Below, one piece after another: positions 20,665 to 30,575 of a DNA stretch of 64,000 nucleotides. Source of the stretch: a virus (taxonomy: Duplodnaviria > Caudoviricetes); the IMG/VR virus record IMGVR_UViG_3300026549_000034, positions 96,001 to 160,000 of that record; one strand, written 5' to 3'. A program made the translations under genes and the position numbers. The notes beneath the pieces were generated by a model, which saw nothing but the letters and a program-made list of their open reading frames with translations, did no database searches and was not told the DNA's origin. Position 1 is the first letter of the stretch. Every line of letters begins with the position of its first letter.

Positions 20665-21285
20665 ATGATGAATACAAAAACATATTATAAGATAACATTT
20701 TTAGATGATATCTATTATAAAAACATAAAGAATATATACATAGATACTAGTACATATTCATACAAAGAAATAATTGAAGACATCATAGGAATTATAAAAG
20801 AACATAAGAATTCACCAATACAGGATTTTTATCTATTCAACAAATGTATATATGATGACTTTTGTTTGAAATTTACTGATAAATATAATATTTTATTTAG
20901 TTTAGACAATGATGAAGAGATTAAGCAAAGAATCATTATAGAATTTGCAAGTGTATCTAAATCAGTAAATATGTATGTATATGACAACAAAAGACAACAA
21001 GTATTACGATATTATAAAGAGTATGTATTGAAAAAAGTTACTGGTAATTGTATAAATAGATTTGTTGAATTGGTCATATTGCCAAAGATTCATAAGATAC
21101 AATGTTTCATAAATAGTATAAATTATGATAGTATATATAGAAATTGTGATAATGACTATTTTTCATCTTTAGTATATGAAAATGACTTCACACATATATC
21201 TATTATAAGAGATGAAGCAAAACGAATATATGAATTATGTAATAAACAACTTGAATTAATGTCAGAAAAATATTCTAAATTATGA
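20665..21285 (+). CDS. Hypothetical protein
   Basis: 206-aa ORF, ATGA overlap with the Nudix gene. Confidence 0.7.
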   Translation: MMNTKTYYKITFLDDIYYKNIKNIYIDTSTYSYKEIIEDIIGIIKEHKNSPIQDFYLFNKCIYDDFCLKFTDKYNILFSLDNDEEIKQRIIIEFASVSKSVNMYVYDNKRQQVLRYYKEYVLKKVTGNCINRFVELVILPKIHKIQCFINSINYDSIYRNCDNDYFSSLVYENDFTHISIIRDEAKRIYELCNKQLELMSEKYSKL

Positions 21286-21977
21286 TTTTTACAGGTCCTA
21301 ACAAAGAGAATTTAAAAAAGTACGGGCAAAACTTTCCGTATAAAGCATGGCTACCAGTAAATGTTATTGATAGTACAAGTAATGAAAATGATTATGTTCA
21401 TTATACTTGTAATGGTAAGCCTAAAACTGTATTTAGTGGACGATTCTGTGCAGTATCAGGATTTATTTATGCTATTGTAAATGGTAAGTATTCTATTCTT
21501 ACTAATCTTCGTGGCCCAGGTGCTCCAGATTATCAAGGGTGTTGGAATGCTCCTTGTGGATTCCTTGAAAGATATGAAAATTCAAAGGAAGGTATTGCAC
21601 GAGAAATTCTTGAGGAATGCGGTTTTCGGATAGATTTGGATGATTTGAAAGTAATTCATGTAGAAACTGAACCAGAAGAATGCAATAACGGTAATGTAAC
21701 AATTCGTCATCGTGCATTTCTTGGTAAGATCATTCCTCATTATGTAGAAAGAGATGGTCTTGGTGGAGAGGAAAATGAAGTAGACAATATTAAATGGATT
21801 CCTATAGATGAAATAGATAATTATAAGTGGGCATTCAATCATCACAAGACTGTTGAACTTTATGCACCTAAGAAGTGGAAACGTAAGATTATAGAATTTT
21901 GGTATAAGTGGTTTATGTCTTACAATAAAACATACACCAGCACTGATGACATAATAGATGAAGACATGAAATTCTAA
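21282..21977 (+). CDS. Nudix hydrolase
   Basis: Nudix box PCGFLERYENSKEGIAREILEECG; WAFNH. Confidence 0.9.
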   Translation: MIFTGPNKENLKKYGQNFPYKAWLPVNVIDSTSNENDYVHYTCNGKPKTVFSGRFCAVSGFIYAIVNGKYSILTNLRGPGAPDYQGCWNAPCGFLERYENSKEGIAREILEECGFRIDLDDLKVIHVETEPEECNNGNVTIRHRAFLGKIIPHYVERDGLGGEENEVDNIKWIPIDEIDNYKWAFNHHKTVELYAPKKWKRKIIEFWYKWFMSYNKTYTSTDDIIDEDMKF

Positions 21978-22003
21978 ATATTAAAATTTATAGTTTTTTA
22001 TTT

Positions 22004-22363
22004 ATGAAAATATACACATTAGATTATCTTATCAATAATGAATTGACTGATGAAGATCTGCATTATTTGTTTGATTGTAATAGTCTTAAATATTCATTGG
22101 TCATTGCAATGATTAGATTTGCTGGTTATACACAACTTTCTGATAATGACATTGCCGAACAAATAACTAAAGACAATAAATGGATTTATAATTTTAAATG
22201 GACAAAAGGACAGTTTAAGTCATTTGAAAATAAATTAGTTTTAGCAATAAAAAACATTTTTATTTATAATAATAATGATGCAAAAGTGTACGCCGAAAAT
22301 TGGATGATACAACATGCTCTTTCAATAAAAATATCTAACAACAAGACTAGAAAAAACAATTGA
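22004..22363 (+). CDS. Hypothetical protein
   Basis: 119-aa ORF. Confidence 0.65.
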   Translation: MKIYTLDYLINNELTDEDLHYLFDCNSLKYSLVIAMIRFAGYTQLSDNDIAEQITKDNKWIYNFKWTKGQFKSFENKLVLAIKNIFIYNNNDAKVYAENWMIQHALSIKISNNKTRKNN

Positions 22364-22382
22364 TTATATAATATTTAAAACG

Positions 22383-22414
22383 AAATGGACTGAATCTTAA
22401 GATTCAGTCCATTT
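22383..22414. terminator. Bidirectional terminator (perfect 32-bp palindrome, CTTAAG centre)
   Basis: AAATGGACTGAATCTTAAGATTCAGTCCATTT between convergent genes. Confidence 0.85.
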
Positions 22415-22463
22415 TTATTTAAATTAAAACTATGTGAAAATATGTTTATGTTAATATATGTGG

Positions 22464-23867
22464 TTATTCTTCATCTTTCTTATCTTCGTCATCTTTGCAA
22501 TCTTCATCATCTTTACAGTCTTTACAATCCTTTTTGCATTCACATTCTTTCTTTCCACATTTAGGACAAACTTCTTCCTTCTTTTCTTCAGCCTTTTCTA
22601 ATAAAGACAAATCTTTTGCAATCTTATTTAATAATGTAATCTTCAATGGATCATTCTTGTATTTTTCAGCTAACATAGCAATCTTTTTCTTACGAATGTC
22701 ATATTGTGCTTCTTTATTTGCTTCAAGTTGTTCACGAATTTCATTTTCTTCTGAATTAGCTTTCTTGCAATCTTCACTTATTCTTTCTTCATACATTGCT
22801 TTCAAATCAATACCTGTTAACTTAATTACATTATTTAAAGCTTCTACAACATAATCATAATTATAACTTCCTGTGCCTTGTTTAATATTTCTAAATACTG
22901 TCAAGTTAACGTTATCTTTAGCTTCAACTAATGCGCAAATTGTTCCATTACTTGTATTAATAACTTTTACATTATCCAAAGCAACTATATTGTCCATAGC
23001 TTCAAAAACCTTAGCAACATTACTTGTCAAATTCATAAATGTAAGCTTTTCATTCATAGTCATAATCTTTGAAATTGTATTAGCATATTCTTGGAATTTA
23101 ACTACATCATCAAAATGTTCTTTAATTTCTTGTCCAAAACCTGTTTTAACAAAATCAAGACCGTTTTCATTTAATGTTAAACGTACTTTGTCTCCATGAG
23201 CACCTTTCATTTCAACAAAGATATTATCACCATCCTTAGAGAAATGTTCAAGTAATGCATTTATTTCTAAGAACTTCTTGTCATCACAAATACTTTCAGA
23301 AACTTTTCCTTCAGCAATCTTATATGTTTTACCAAGAACATAGATAAATTGTTCTTTATTTTCATTCATATAGATATAACTTACAGGATTAGTTACGCTA
23401 TAATTAGGAGCTTGTGTTTCTGTAATGTTTTGCTTATAAACTTCTTTGCATACTTGACGGAATTCAGGAATGTATTGAATATTCTTTAATACACCTGCTT
23501 TGATATAGCTAACTACATCATTTTCATTCATTTCAAGTAACTTAGTAACTTGTTCAACACCAAGTTTGTTAATGTAATTATATACACTGTTATTGTTACT
23601 TATTGACTCACATGCAGAAGCAAGTTTCCATGAGATATTGTTTTCATTAATATATTCTTTTACAGATTCCACTATATTGTTCAAACCTGTATCAAAGGTA
23701 CATTTTGAAGCCTCAAGTAAGAAGCCGTTAACTATACCACATGTAGGAGCATTGCTATACACATAAGCTCTATAACCTTTTAATATTTCCTTACCTGCTT
23801 CAGTTACTGCTTCAGTACCATTGATCTTTTCAGCAAAGTTAAGGTTCTTCAATAATTTAATGCTCAT
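22464..23867 (-). CDS. Hypothetical head/scaffold-like protein with Cys/acidic C-terminal tail
   Basis: 467 aa; many (I/L/M)NE sites; tail CPKCGKKECECKKDCKDCKDDEDCKDDEDKKDEE. Confidence 0.6.
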   Translation of the reverse strand: MSIKLLKNLNFAEKINGTEAVTEAGKEILKGYRAYVYSNAPTCGIVNGFLLEASKCTFDTGLNNIVESVKEYINENNISWKLASACESISNNNSVYNYINKLGVEQVTKLLEMNENDVVSYIKAGVLKNIQYIPEFRQVCKEVYKQNITETQAPNYSVTNPVSYIYMNENKEQFIYVLGKTYKIAEGKVSESICDDKKFLEINALLEHFSKDGDNIFVEMKGAHGDKVRLTLNENGLDFVKTGFGQEIKEHFDDVVKFQEYANTISKIMTMNEKLTFMNLTSNVAKVFEAMDNIVALDNVKVINTSNGTICALVEAKDNVNLTVFRNIKQGTGSYNYDYVVEALNNVIKLTGIDLKAMYEERISEDCKKANSEENEIREQLEANKEAQYDIRKKKIAMLAEKYKNDPLKITLLNKIAKDLSLLEKAEEKKEEVCPKCGKKECECKKDCKDCKDDEDCKDDEDKKDEE

Positions 23868-23954
23868 AATTTAATATATATTTGTTATATTTATAAAATT
23901 CTTTTTAATTATTTGTATTTAATTATATATAATAATAAATTTTATTTTTTATAA

Positions 23955-24245
23955 TTATAATCTCCATCCCATTGATGTTCCTACAGCCCCCATAACAAGT
24001 TTTGATGTCAATAATGAGCCAAAACTTCCTTTTACATCTACACCTAATGCTTTACAAACGGCTTGCATAAGTTTGGGACCTACAGTTGTTCCTAATAACC
24101 CACCTGTAACTGCACCAAGTATACCTTCATCAATAGGTACATTATTTTCTTTTGCTTCTTGAAGTTTTTGAATCATTTCATCATATAATAGTGATTCATT
24201 TACTTGTTGTTCTTCATTATTTATTATTTCTTCTATTGTTTTCAT
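23955..24245 (-). CDS. Small protein: acidic N-half plus glycine-zipper hydrophobic C-half
   Basis: MKTIEEIINNEE...IDE-GILGAVTGGLLGTTVG...GSFGSLL...MGAVGTSMG. Confidence 0.7.
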   Translation of the reverse strand: MKTIEEIINNEEQQVNESLLYDEMIQKLQEAKENNVPIDEGILGAVTGGLLGTTVGPKLMQAVCKALGVDVKGSFGSLLTSKLVMGAVGTSMGWRL

Positions 24246-24652
24246 TTTTGAATCATAAAATATAATGTATTTGGCTTTTGATTTTTAGTATCTACAAATA
24301 TTTCAATATAATCATTTTCATATATTGCTGCAACTGCTGTACTTCCTGGAGTATCTTTTGTTTTATATGTTGCCGATATATAATTTTCTTCGGTTAAATT
24401 TAATTTATTTCTATGTTCTCTAATAAGTTCCTTAATTTCATCATTATTACCATCAGTATTATCAATTAATACATATACTTTTTTATTTGGTTTGAAATAT
24501 TGTGAAATAAAAGATCTTATATCGGAATTAAATGTATTAGGACTCCAGTTTTTAAATTCAGTATAATCGTTTAATATCTTAATATCTTTATAATTAAAAA
24601 TATTATCTATATTAATATTTTTTATGTTTAATTTTTCTAAAATAGATATCAT
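24242..24652 (-). CDS. EKLNIK-leader protein, paralog of 24880-25296
   Basis: MISILEKLNIKNI; shares DYTEFK.WSPNTFN.DIR.FI..YFKPNKKVYVLI with its paralog. Confidence 0.75.
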   Translation of the reverse strand: MISILEKLNIKNINIDNIFNYKDIKILNDYTEFKNWSPNTFNSDIRSFISQYFKPNKKVYVLIDNTDGNNDEIKELIREHRNKLNLTEENYISATYKTKDTPGSTAVAAIYENDYIEIFVDTKNQKPNTLYFMIQK

Positions 24653-24653
24653 G

Positions 24654-24806
24654 TTATATTTCTATAATATTATCTTTTTCATTATATGTAAGTTGATCTT
24701 CAAATATATCAGATACATACCCATAATTTTTTACTTTACATACATTTATATCGCCATGTAAACGTTTTTGCTTTTTTAATGCCTCTATAAATTTTGTTAT
24801 TTTCAT
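24654..24806 (-). CDS. Small hypothetical protein (50 aa, not in ORF track)
   Basis: MKITKFIEALKKQKRLHGDINVC...NIIEI*, fills the gap between genes. Confidence 0.55.
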   Translation of the reverse strand: MKITKFIEALKKQKRLHGDINVCKVKNYGYVSDIFEDQLTYNEKDNIIEI

Positions 24807-24813
24807 AATTTAA

Positions 24814-24890
24814 TTAGTATTTGTCTTTACGTCTATCTGCTTGAAGTTTCTTTTGTGTTTATTATTTCTTCTATTGTTTTCATTTTTGAA
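24814..24890 (-). pseudogene. Recombination scar: duplicated 5' end of the 96-aa gene joined to a diverged 3' end of the AAA ATPase gene
   Basis: 24858-24890 is identical to 24220-24252 (33 bp); 24814-24849 encodes KLQADRRKDKY* versus RLQADRRKNKY* at the end of 27245-28783. Confidence 0.8.
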
Positions 24891-25296
24891 ATAAATAATA
24901 TATTGTGTTTTTTAGTTTCCCATAATCTATAGGAGATATAAATATTTCTGTATTACCATCATCATATACCAATGAAACTGCCGTACTTGCAGGTGATTTT
25001 ATACTGTTACGTTTAGCATTTAATACATCATACTCAGAATATCCCAATATACGTCTATGATTACCAATTAAATGATTATTTTTGTCATCATTATCATTAA
25101 TTATTAATACATATACTTTCTTATTAGGCTTAAAATATTTTTTAATAAAAGCTCTAATATCTATATTAAATGTATTAGGACTCCAATCTTTAAATTCGGT
25201 ATAGTCTTTTAATGTTTTTGTATTATCATTATTAAAAATTGGATCTTTATCTATTTGAATATTCTGAATATTTAATTTTTCAAAAATTGATTTCAT
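24880..25296 (-). CDS. EKLNIK-leader protein, paralog of 24242-24652
   Basis: Start re-called to MKSIFEKLNIQNI at 25296. Confidence 0.75.
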   Translation of the reverse strand: MKSIFEKLNIQNIQIDKDPIFNNDNTKTLKDYTEFKDWSPNTFNIDIRAFIKKYFKPNKKVYVLIINDNDDKNNHLIGNHRRILGYSEYDVLNAKRNSIKSPASTAVSLVYDDGNTEIFISPIDYGKLKNTIYYLFQK

Positions 25297-25325
25297 TTTA
25301 TGCATATTTAATATATTAATCTCCA

Positions 25326-26129
25326 TTAATCACCATTATATCTTGGATTTCCATATTGATCCGTTTGACCATATCCCATTGTCCAAGAAAGTTTTTCATC
25401 ATCACTTAGGCTATTCCACCATTTTTTCCATTCTTCTTCTGCCTTTTTACGTTTTTCCTCTTCTTCTTGATGTTTTTTAATGGCTTCTTTTTCTTTTCTA
25501 TCAGCTTCATCAGCCCATTCTTTAAGGTGTTTTACATCTTTAAGATCTTTAATTTTTTCTTCTCTTTCTTTATTAAAAATATTATTATTTACTTTTATTT
25601 CTAATACAGTATTATCATATTCCTTTTCTGAAGATTCATCCATGGTAACCGAAATCTTACCTTTCATGTATGGCTTTAACATAGTTAACCAATTATTCCA
25701 ATCTTCATTATACTTATAATAATTATATTCAACATATTTATCAGAATACCAAGCACCTGCATATGTATATTCTTGTATTTCTGGTATTACTGTCCAATTT
25801 TTAGTATTTTCTTTTGTTGGGAAATCTTTATATGTTATGCGATCTGCTGGTAATGGAAGTCGAATCATTTGTGCATATGACTTTAAAAATTTTATAACTT
25901 TTACTCCGTTTTCTTTTTGACTTTCTTCAGTTCTTTCTGCACCAAAATATATTTTCTTTATATTGGCTTTTGTTATTTTATAATTTTTGTTTTTTGCACC
26001 TTCATTATATATATCAAAAGTATATGGTAAATCTATTTGAAATTTACCTTCATTAACAGCATTACCAATAATATCCTTAGAATAAGATATTAGTTCATTT
26101 TCATTTATATAATCTTTTAAGTTCTTCAT
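25326..26129 (-). CDS. Hypothetical protein with leader and C-terminal coiled coil
   Basis: MKNLKDYINE leader; charged helix near the C-terminus. Confidence 0.7.
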   Translation of the reverse strand: MKNLKDYINENELISYSKDIIGNAVNEGKFQIDLPYTFDIYNEGAKNKNYKITKANIKKIYFGAERTEESQKENGVKVIKFLKSYAQMIRLPLPADRITYKDFPTKENTKNWTVIPEIQEYTYAGAWYSDKYVEYNYYKYNEDWNNWLTMLKPYMKGKISVTMDESSEKEYDNTVLEIKVNNNIFNKEREEKIKDLKDVKHLKEWADEADRKEKEAIKKHQEEEEKRKKAEEEWKKWWNSLSDDEKLSWTMGYGQTDQYGNPRYNGD

Positions 26130-26148
26130 ATATTTTAACTTTTATAAT

Positions 26149-26760
26149 TTATTCTTTATACCAGCTTGGAATATTTTTTAATGAAGTACAACCTTTAAAT
26201 GTATTAAACATATCAGTAACTTTAGATACATTCCAATTACTTAAATCTGCATTAAAATCATAACATTCATAAAACATATTATCAATTCTTTTTATATTAG
26301 ATACATCCCAATTGCTTAGATCAGAATTAAAATCATAACAAAATGCAAACATAGAACTTGTAATTGTAACACTTGATACATCCCAATTACTTAAATCAGA
26401 TTCAAATTTATTACAATCATAAAACATATGATGCATATCAGTAACTTTAGATACATCCCATTTACTTAGATCAGATGAAAAATTCTTACAATATAGAAAT
26501 ATACCATTCATATCAGTAACATTACTTACATTCCATCTTGATATGTCTATATTATGAGGATCTAACTTATTAAATAGTAATGACATATCGGTTATTTCAC
26601 TAACATCAATATCATTTAAATCTGCATCCTTATCCCTTTCTAATCTGGCTTCAACTATGTTTCTTAGATCATTTTTACTTTTAGGTTTACATGTATAATG
26701 ATCTATATTAATGTCTTTTATATTAAGCTTTTCTAATATGTAGTTATTTAGGTTCTTCAT
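26149..26760 (-). CDS. DUF285/BspA-like 25-aa repeat protein (5 repeats) with EKLNIK leader
   Basis: Repeats of LS.W(D/N)VS.V..M..MF..C..FN.D; leader MKNLNNYILEKLNIKDI. Confidence 0.88.
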   Translation of the reverse strand: MKNLNNYILEKLNIKDINIDHYTCKPKSKNDLRNIVEARLERDKDADLNDIDVSEITDMSLLFNKLDPHNIDISRWNVSNVTDMNGIFLYCKNFSSDLSKWDVSKVTDMHHMFYDCNKFESDLSNWDVSSVTITSSMFAFCYDFNSDLSNWDVSNIKRIDNMFYECYDFNADLSNWNVSKVTDMFNTFKGCTSLKNIPSWYKE

Positions 26761-26783
26761 ATATTTTGTTTTTTTATGATTTA

Positions 26784-27239
26784 TTATTTGTACCAGCTTG
26801 GTTTATTTTTTAAAGAAGTACATCTAAAAAACATATCTTTCATATTTATAACATTAGATACATCCCAATTATTTAAATCACAATTAAAATATTTACAAGA
26901 ATCAAACATATAGCTCATATAAGTGCATTTTGATACATTCCAATTACTTAAATCAGAATTAAAATTTTTACAATATACAAACATATTACTCATATTTGTA
27001 ACATTTGAAACGTCCCATTCAGATATATCAATATTATGTGGATCTAATCCGGCAAATAAACTGGCCATATTTGTTATTTGGCTAACATCAATATCATTTA
27101 AATCAGCATTTTTATCTTCTTTTAAACGTTTTTCCAATATCTGTCTAAGTTCTTCTTTTGTCTTAGGAAAATATTTATATTGATTTCTTATATCTTTTAC
27201 GTTGAGCTTCTCAAATATGTAGTTATTTAAGTTCTTCAT
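26784..27239 (-). CDS. DUF285/BspA-like repeat protein (3 repeats) with EKLNVK leader
   Basis: Same repeats and N-cap; MKNLNNYIFEKLNVKDI. Confidence 0.88.
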   Translation of the reverse strand: MKNLNNYIFEKLNVKDIRNQYKYFPKTKEELRQILEKRLKEDKNADLNDIDVSQITNMASLFAGLDPHNIDISEWDVSNVTNMSNMFVYCKNFNSDLSNWNVSKCTYMSYMFDSCKYFNCDLNNWDVSNVINMKDMFFRCTSLKNKPSWYK

Positions 27240-27244
27240 ATATC

Positions 27245-28783
27245 TTAATATTTGTTTTTTCTTCTGTCAGCCTGTAATCTCATTTGTTCTTTTATCATTT
27301 CCTTTGTTAGCATATCATCTTCATCTTTCATTGATTCAAATAATGTTGCACAAATTAAGAAAGTACGAATAGAAACTTCCATTTCATTGTCTTCTTCATT
27401 AAGTTGTATAAGATATCCTAATGCTTTACGTTTTGATTCTTTTGAAAGTTTGTCAGAACTTAATGTAGGCATAAGATTTGTTATTATCTTAAGTACATCT
27501 TCAGTACTAAAATGTATGTCCTGTATATATGATCTACCACGTAATGCAGTATCTAATGATCCAGCATTATAGTTTGTTATGATTATTACTGATCCATTAT
27601 AATAGAAACGTTTAGGAAGTTCATTGCCATTTTCATCAGTAATTTTTCCAGATACGCCATAAGTAACTAAACGTCCCTTCTCATCTTCCGTACTATCAAG
27701 AGCTCCTTTTAATATATTTATACAATCTTCTGGGGCTTTAGGACCAACCAATGAATCTGCATCATCAATAACAATTATGTCTCCTTTGTCTTTGTAATTA
27801 TATAATGAAAGATATAATACTCTTGGTGTACATTTACCTTTTATTGTATAAAGATTCTTTTCTTCTTCATACCCATTTTCCTTTAATAGTTTCTTTACTC
27901 TAAATGTCTTTCCTACACCAGGAGCACCGCAAAGTATAACAGATGGATTGATTCCCTTAATAACCATCTTCACATATCCTTCCATTTTCTTAAACACCAT
28001 TTCAGGATCATTTATTGTTTCTTTGAATTTGGTTTCTGATTGTTGTTCTTCTGGTGATTTTTTTATTGTTATATTATTTCCTTTATCAACTTTAAGTTTT
28101 ATTTCATCAACAGTTTTTGCACCGCCCTGTATAGCCTTTATAATTTCTCTAAATTCATCTGCTATATCTCTATACTGTAATGCAGCTTGAGGTGAATCAT
28201 TTTTTCTTTTTTCTGCATCCAACCAAGCTCTACGTTTTGCTGTTACATATTCATCAACTTCTGGTGAATATTTTTCATTTATAACTGTATATTTTAATGC
28301 ACCAATATAGAATGATTCATTTGCATTCTTATTGAATATAGATCTTCCTAATTTCTTGGCCTCAGCATCTGTCAAATCATATTGTTTATTGTTTACTACT
28401 GTCCAAATAATAGGAAGAAAATATACTATTGATGAATCTAATGTTTGTATAGTTAAGTTAGATTTTGCTTTACCAGTAAATGCTAAATCCATATCTTTGA
28501 AAAAATCAATAGAATATGGATTCATTGATTCTGAAGACTTTATCCAGTTTATTTGAAACATTTGAACATTTTCTTTTGAATTAATGACAATATACTGTTT
28601 AGATATGAATTCATTATCTTTTGAAAATGTTTCAACATATCCTACTAATGGAACAATATTCTTAATATGTTTCTTTAATAAATCAGATATTTTATCAACA
28701 TAACTATCAAAGTTCTTATTACTAATTGATTCATTAAGAACATTTTGTCTTCTTTTAATAAAATCTAAATAACTATTTTTCAT
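27245..28783 (-). CDS. AAA+ ATPase with large N-terminal domain
   Basis: Walker A GAPGVGKT, Walker B IIVIDDAD, IIITN sensor I, ALRGR arginine finger. Confidence 0.85.
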   Translation of the reverse strand: MKNSYLDFIKRRQNVLNESISNKNFDSYVDKISDLLKKHIKNIVPLVGYVETFSKDNEFISKQYIVINSKENVQMFQINWIKSSESMNPYSIDFFKDMDLAFTGKAKSNLTIQTLDSSIVYFLPIIWTVVNNKQYDLTDAEAKKLGRSIFNKNANESFYIGALKYTVINEKYSPEVDEYVTAKRRAWLDAEKRKNDSPQAALQYRDIADEFREIIKAIQGGAKTVDEIKLKVDKGNNITIKKSPEEQQSETKFKETINDPEMVFKKMEGYVKMVIKGINPSVILCGAPGVGKTFRVKKLLKENGYEEEKNLYTIKGKCTPRVLYLSLYNYKDKGDIIVIDDADSLVGPKAPEDCINILKGALDSTEDEKGRLVTYGVSGKITDENGNELPKRFYYNGSVIIITNYNAGSLDTALRGRSYIQDIHFSTEDVLKIITNLMPTLSSDKLSKESKRKALGYLIQLNEEDNEMEVSIRTFLICATLFESMKDEDDMLTKEMIKEQMRLQADRRKNKY

Positions 28784-28802
28784 ATAAAATATTAAATATG
28801 TA

Positions 28803-28814
28803 TAATTAAAAATA
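28803..28814 (-). promoter_or_regulatory. Class B promoter candidate TATTTTTAATTA
   Basis: Upstream of the AAA/leader-protein operon. Confidence 0.55.
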
Positions 28815-28835
28815 TAACTTTTTAATGTATGATTT

Positions 28836-30557
28836 TTAGATAAAGTATATATTTATTGGTTGTACTATTATAGAATCTTGTTTTGAATTTTCTTTGTCTG
28901 TATAATACTTAAAACCACCACATAATCTTGGAAGTTGATATATACTATCTAAAGATATATTGCCAAATACATCAAGACCAGGTGTATTGTTTTTATTATA
29001 TTTATTGATTACATAACTTGTCTTGTCATCAAAATCAATGTCATCATAATATTTTTTATATTCACCTTCTATATATGCATTCTCATTATAGTCAGATATA
29101 ATATTAAGATCAATTGATTCAATGATTTTATCAATATCAGCTTCTATTATTTTGTTCAATAGTTCAGATTTAGATATGAACTTGACGTCATATGAAAGAT
29201 TAATAAAATAATTTCTTAATGTATCATTTATTATTTGTGATGCAATTTGTTTATTATATTTACTATTAATCTTTACATAACAAATAATAGCGTATTTTAC
29301 AAAAATAGGTTTAATAAATTCAATTTGGAATCCTGCTAATGTCTTATTTGAATTACTTAATGTATCAATAATCATTTGTTGTTGATTTTGAGTAAGTAGC
29401 AAATCATCATTTGTTAGTTTGAAATATTTGTCACTATCATTTTTATATTGTTCAGTAATATTATTAAGACATATAATATAAATCTTATTATATTTTAGAG
29501 ATGCTATACAATTGTTATATCCTACAAATGAAAATCTCTTTAAGAACAATTTCATATTATCAACTGATGAATATATTAATGATCTTGAATTACTACCAAC
29601 CATTGTTCTTATGAAATCAATACTGTCAGAATTTCTACCGCCACTTATAGTATTATTTATTGTCAATGAAATAAAATCATTTGCATTAACGGTATTTCCT
29701 ACGGTATCTGTAAGTGTACCATAAAATTCAAATTCGGCATTTTCAATATCATATATATTTCCGTCAGTTCCTTGATGACGTAAATATTTGATTTCAATTA
29801 CTTGACCTTCATTAAGTTTTTTACCGTAAGTACCATTTCCAAATGTTATGTCAAATTCATTGTCAAATCCAATACTAAACATATATTCTTTACTGTCATT
29901 ACTCATATCATACAGACAAGAAACTTCAGAATATTCTTCACCGTCAACAGTTACTGTAATACATTCTCTATCAAATAATCCTATTGTAGTAATATGAATT
30001 GATTCTAATACATTACCTTTAGCAATATATCTTGCTGTTGTAAAAGTTCCCTGTTTTATCTTAAATTGATATTCTATTAATGGGTTTGTTACAGAAAAAA
30101 TATAATAATTTGTAGGTATCATTATAGAATATATAATACCTGTTGTTTTATTTATAACTTGTGTATTGTTTGGTATATATAGATTGTTTATACTTTCATT
30201 TACAGTTATTTTATTAGATGTTTTACTTGTACCGGAATTTATGTTATTGTTTACTTTTAGTTTTGCTACCAATACACCGCCTGCAGCATTTCCATAATTA
30301 GGTTCAAATCCAGATATCTTTGCTAACGAATATATTGATTTCTTTCTTGTTGCAGTATATATGTTTTGTTCCGTCAATGCATCTTCTATATAAAACATAA
30401 TATTTTGCATTACGCCTTTTATTCCATCAAATATTACACCGAATATTTGAGAACTAGAATATTGCATTCCTAAACTATTGAATACTTTTGACAAATATGT
30501 TCTTACAGTTGAATCAAAATTGTCAAATGTTGTTTCCATTACTTTGAATAGTTTCAT
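28836..30557 (-). CDS. Baseplate wedge subunit (T4 gp6-like)
   Basis: EQNIYTATRKKSIYSLAKISGF, FGNGTYGKKL, SGGRNSDSIDFIR motifs of the gp6/baseplate-J family. Confidence 0.8.
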   Translation of the reverse strand: MKLFKVMETTFDNFDSTVRTYLSKVFNSLGMQYSSSQIFGVIFDGIKGVMQNIMFYIEDALTEQNIYTATRKKSIYSLAKISGFEPNYGNAAGGVLVAKLKVNNNINSGTSKTSNKITVNESINNLYIPNNTQVINKTTGIIYSIMIPTNYYIFSVTNPLIEYQFKIKQGTFTTARYIAKGNVLESIHITTIGLFDRECITVTVDGEEYSEVSCLYDMSNDSKEYMFSIGFDNEFDITFGNGTYGKKLNEGQVIEIKYLRHQGTDGNIYDIENAEFEFYGTLTDTVGNTVNANDFISLTINNTISGGRNSDSIDFIRTMVGSNSRSLIYSSVDNMKLFLKRFSFVGYNNCIASLKYNKIYIICLNNITEQYKNDSDKYFKLTNDDLLLTQNQQQMIIDTLSNSNKTLAGFQIEFIKPIFVKYAIICYVKINSKYNKQIASQIINDTLRNYFINLSYDVKFISKSELLNKIIEADIDKIIESIDLNIISDYNENAYIEGEYKKYYDDIDFDDKTSYVINKYNKNNTPGLDVFGNISLDSIYQLPRLCGGFKYYTDKENSKQDSIIVQPINIYFI

Positions 30558-30575
30558 AATTATTAAAATTAAATT

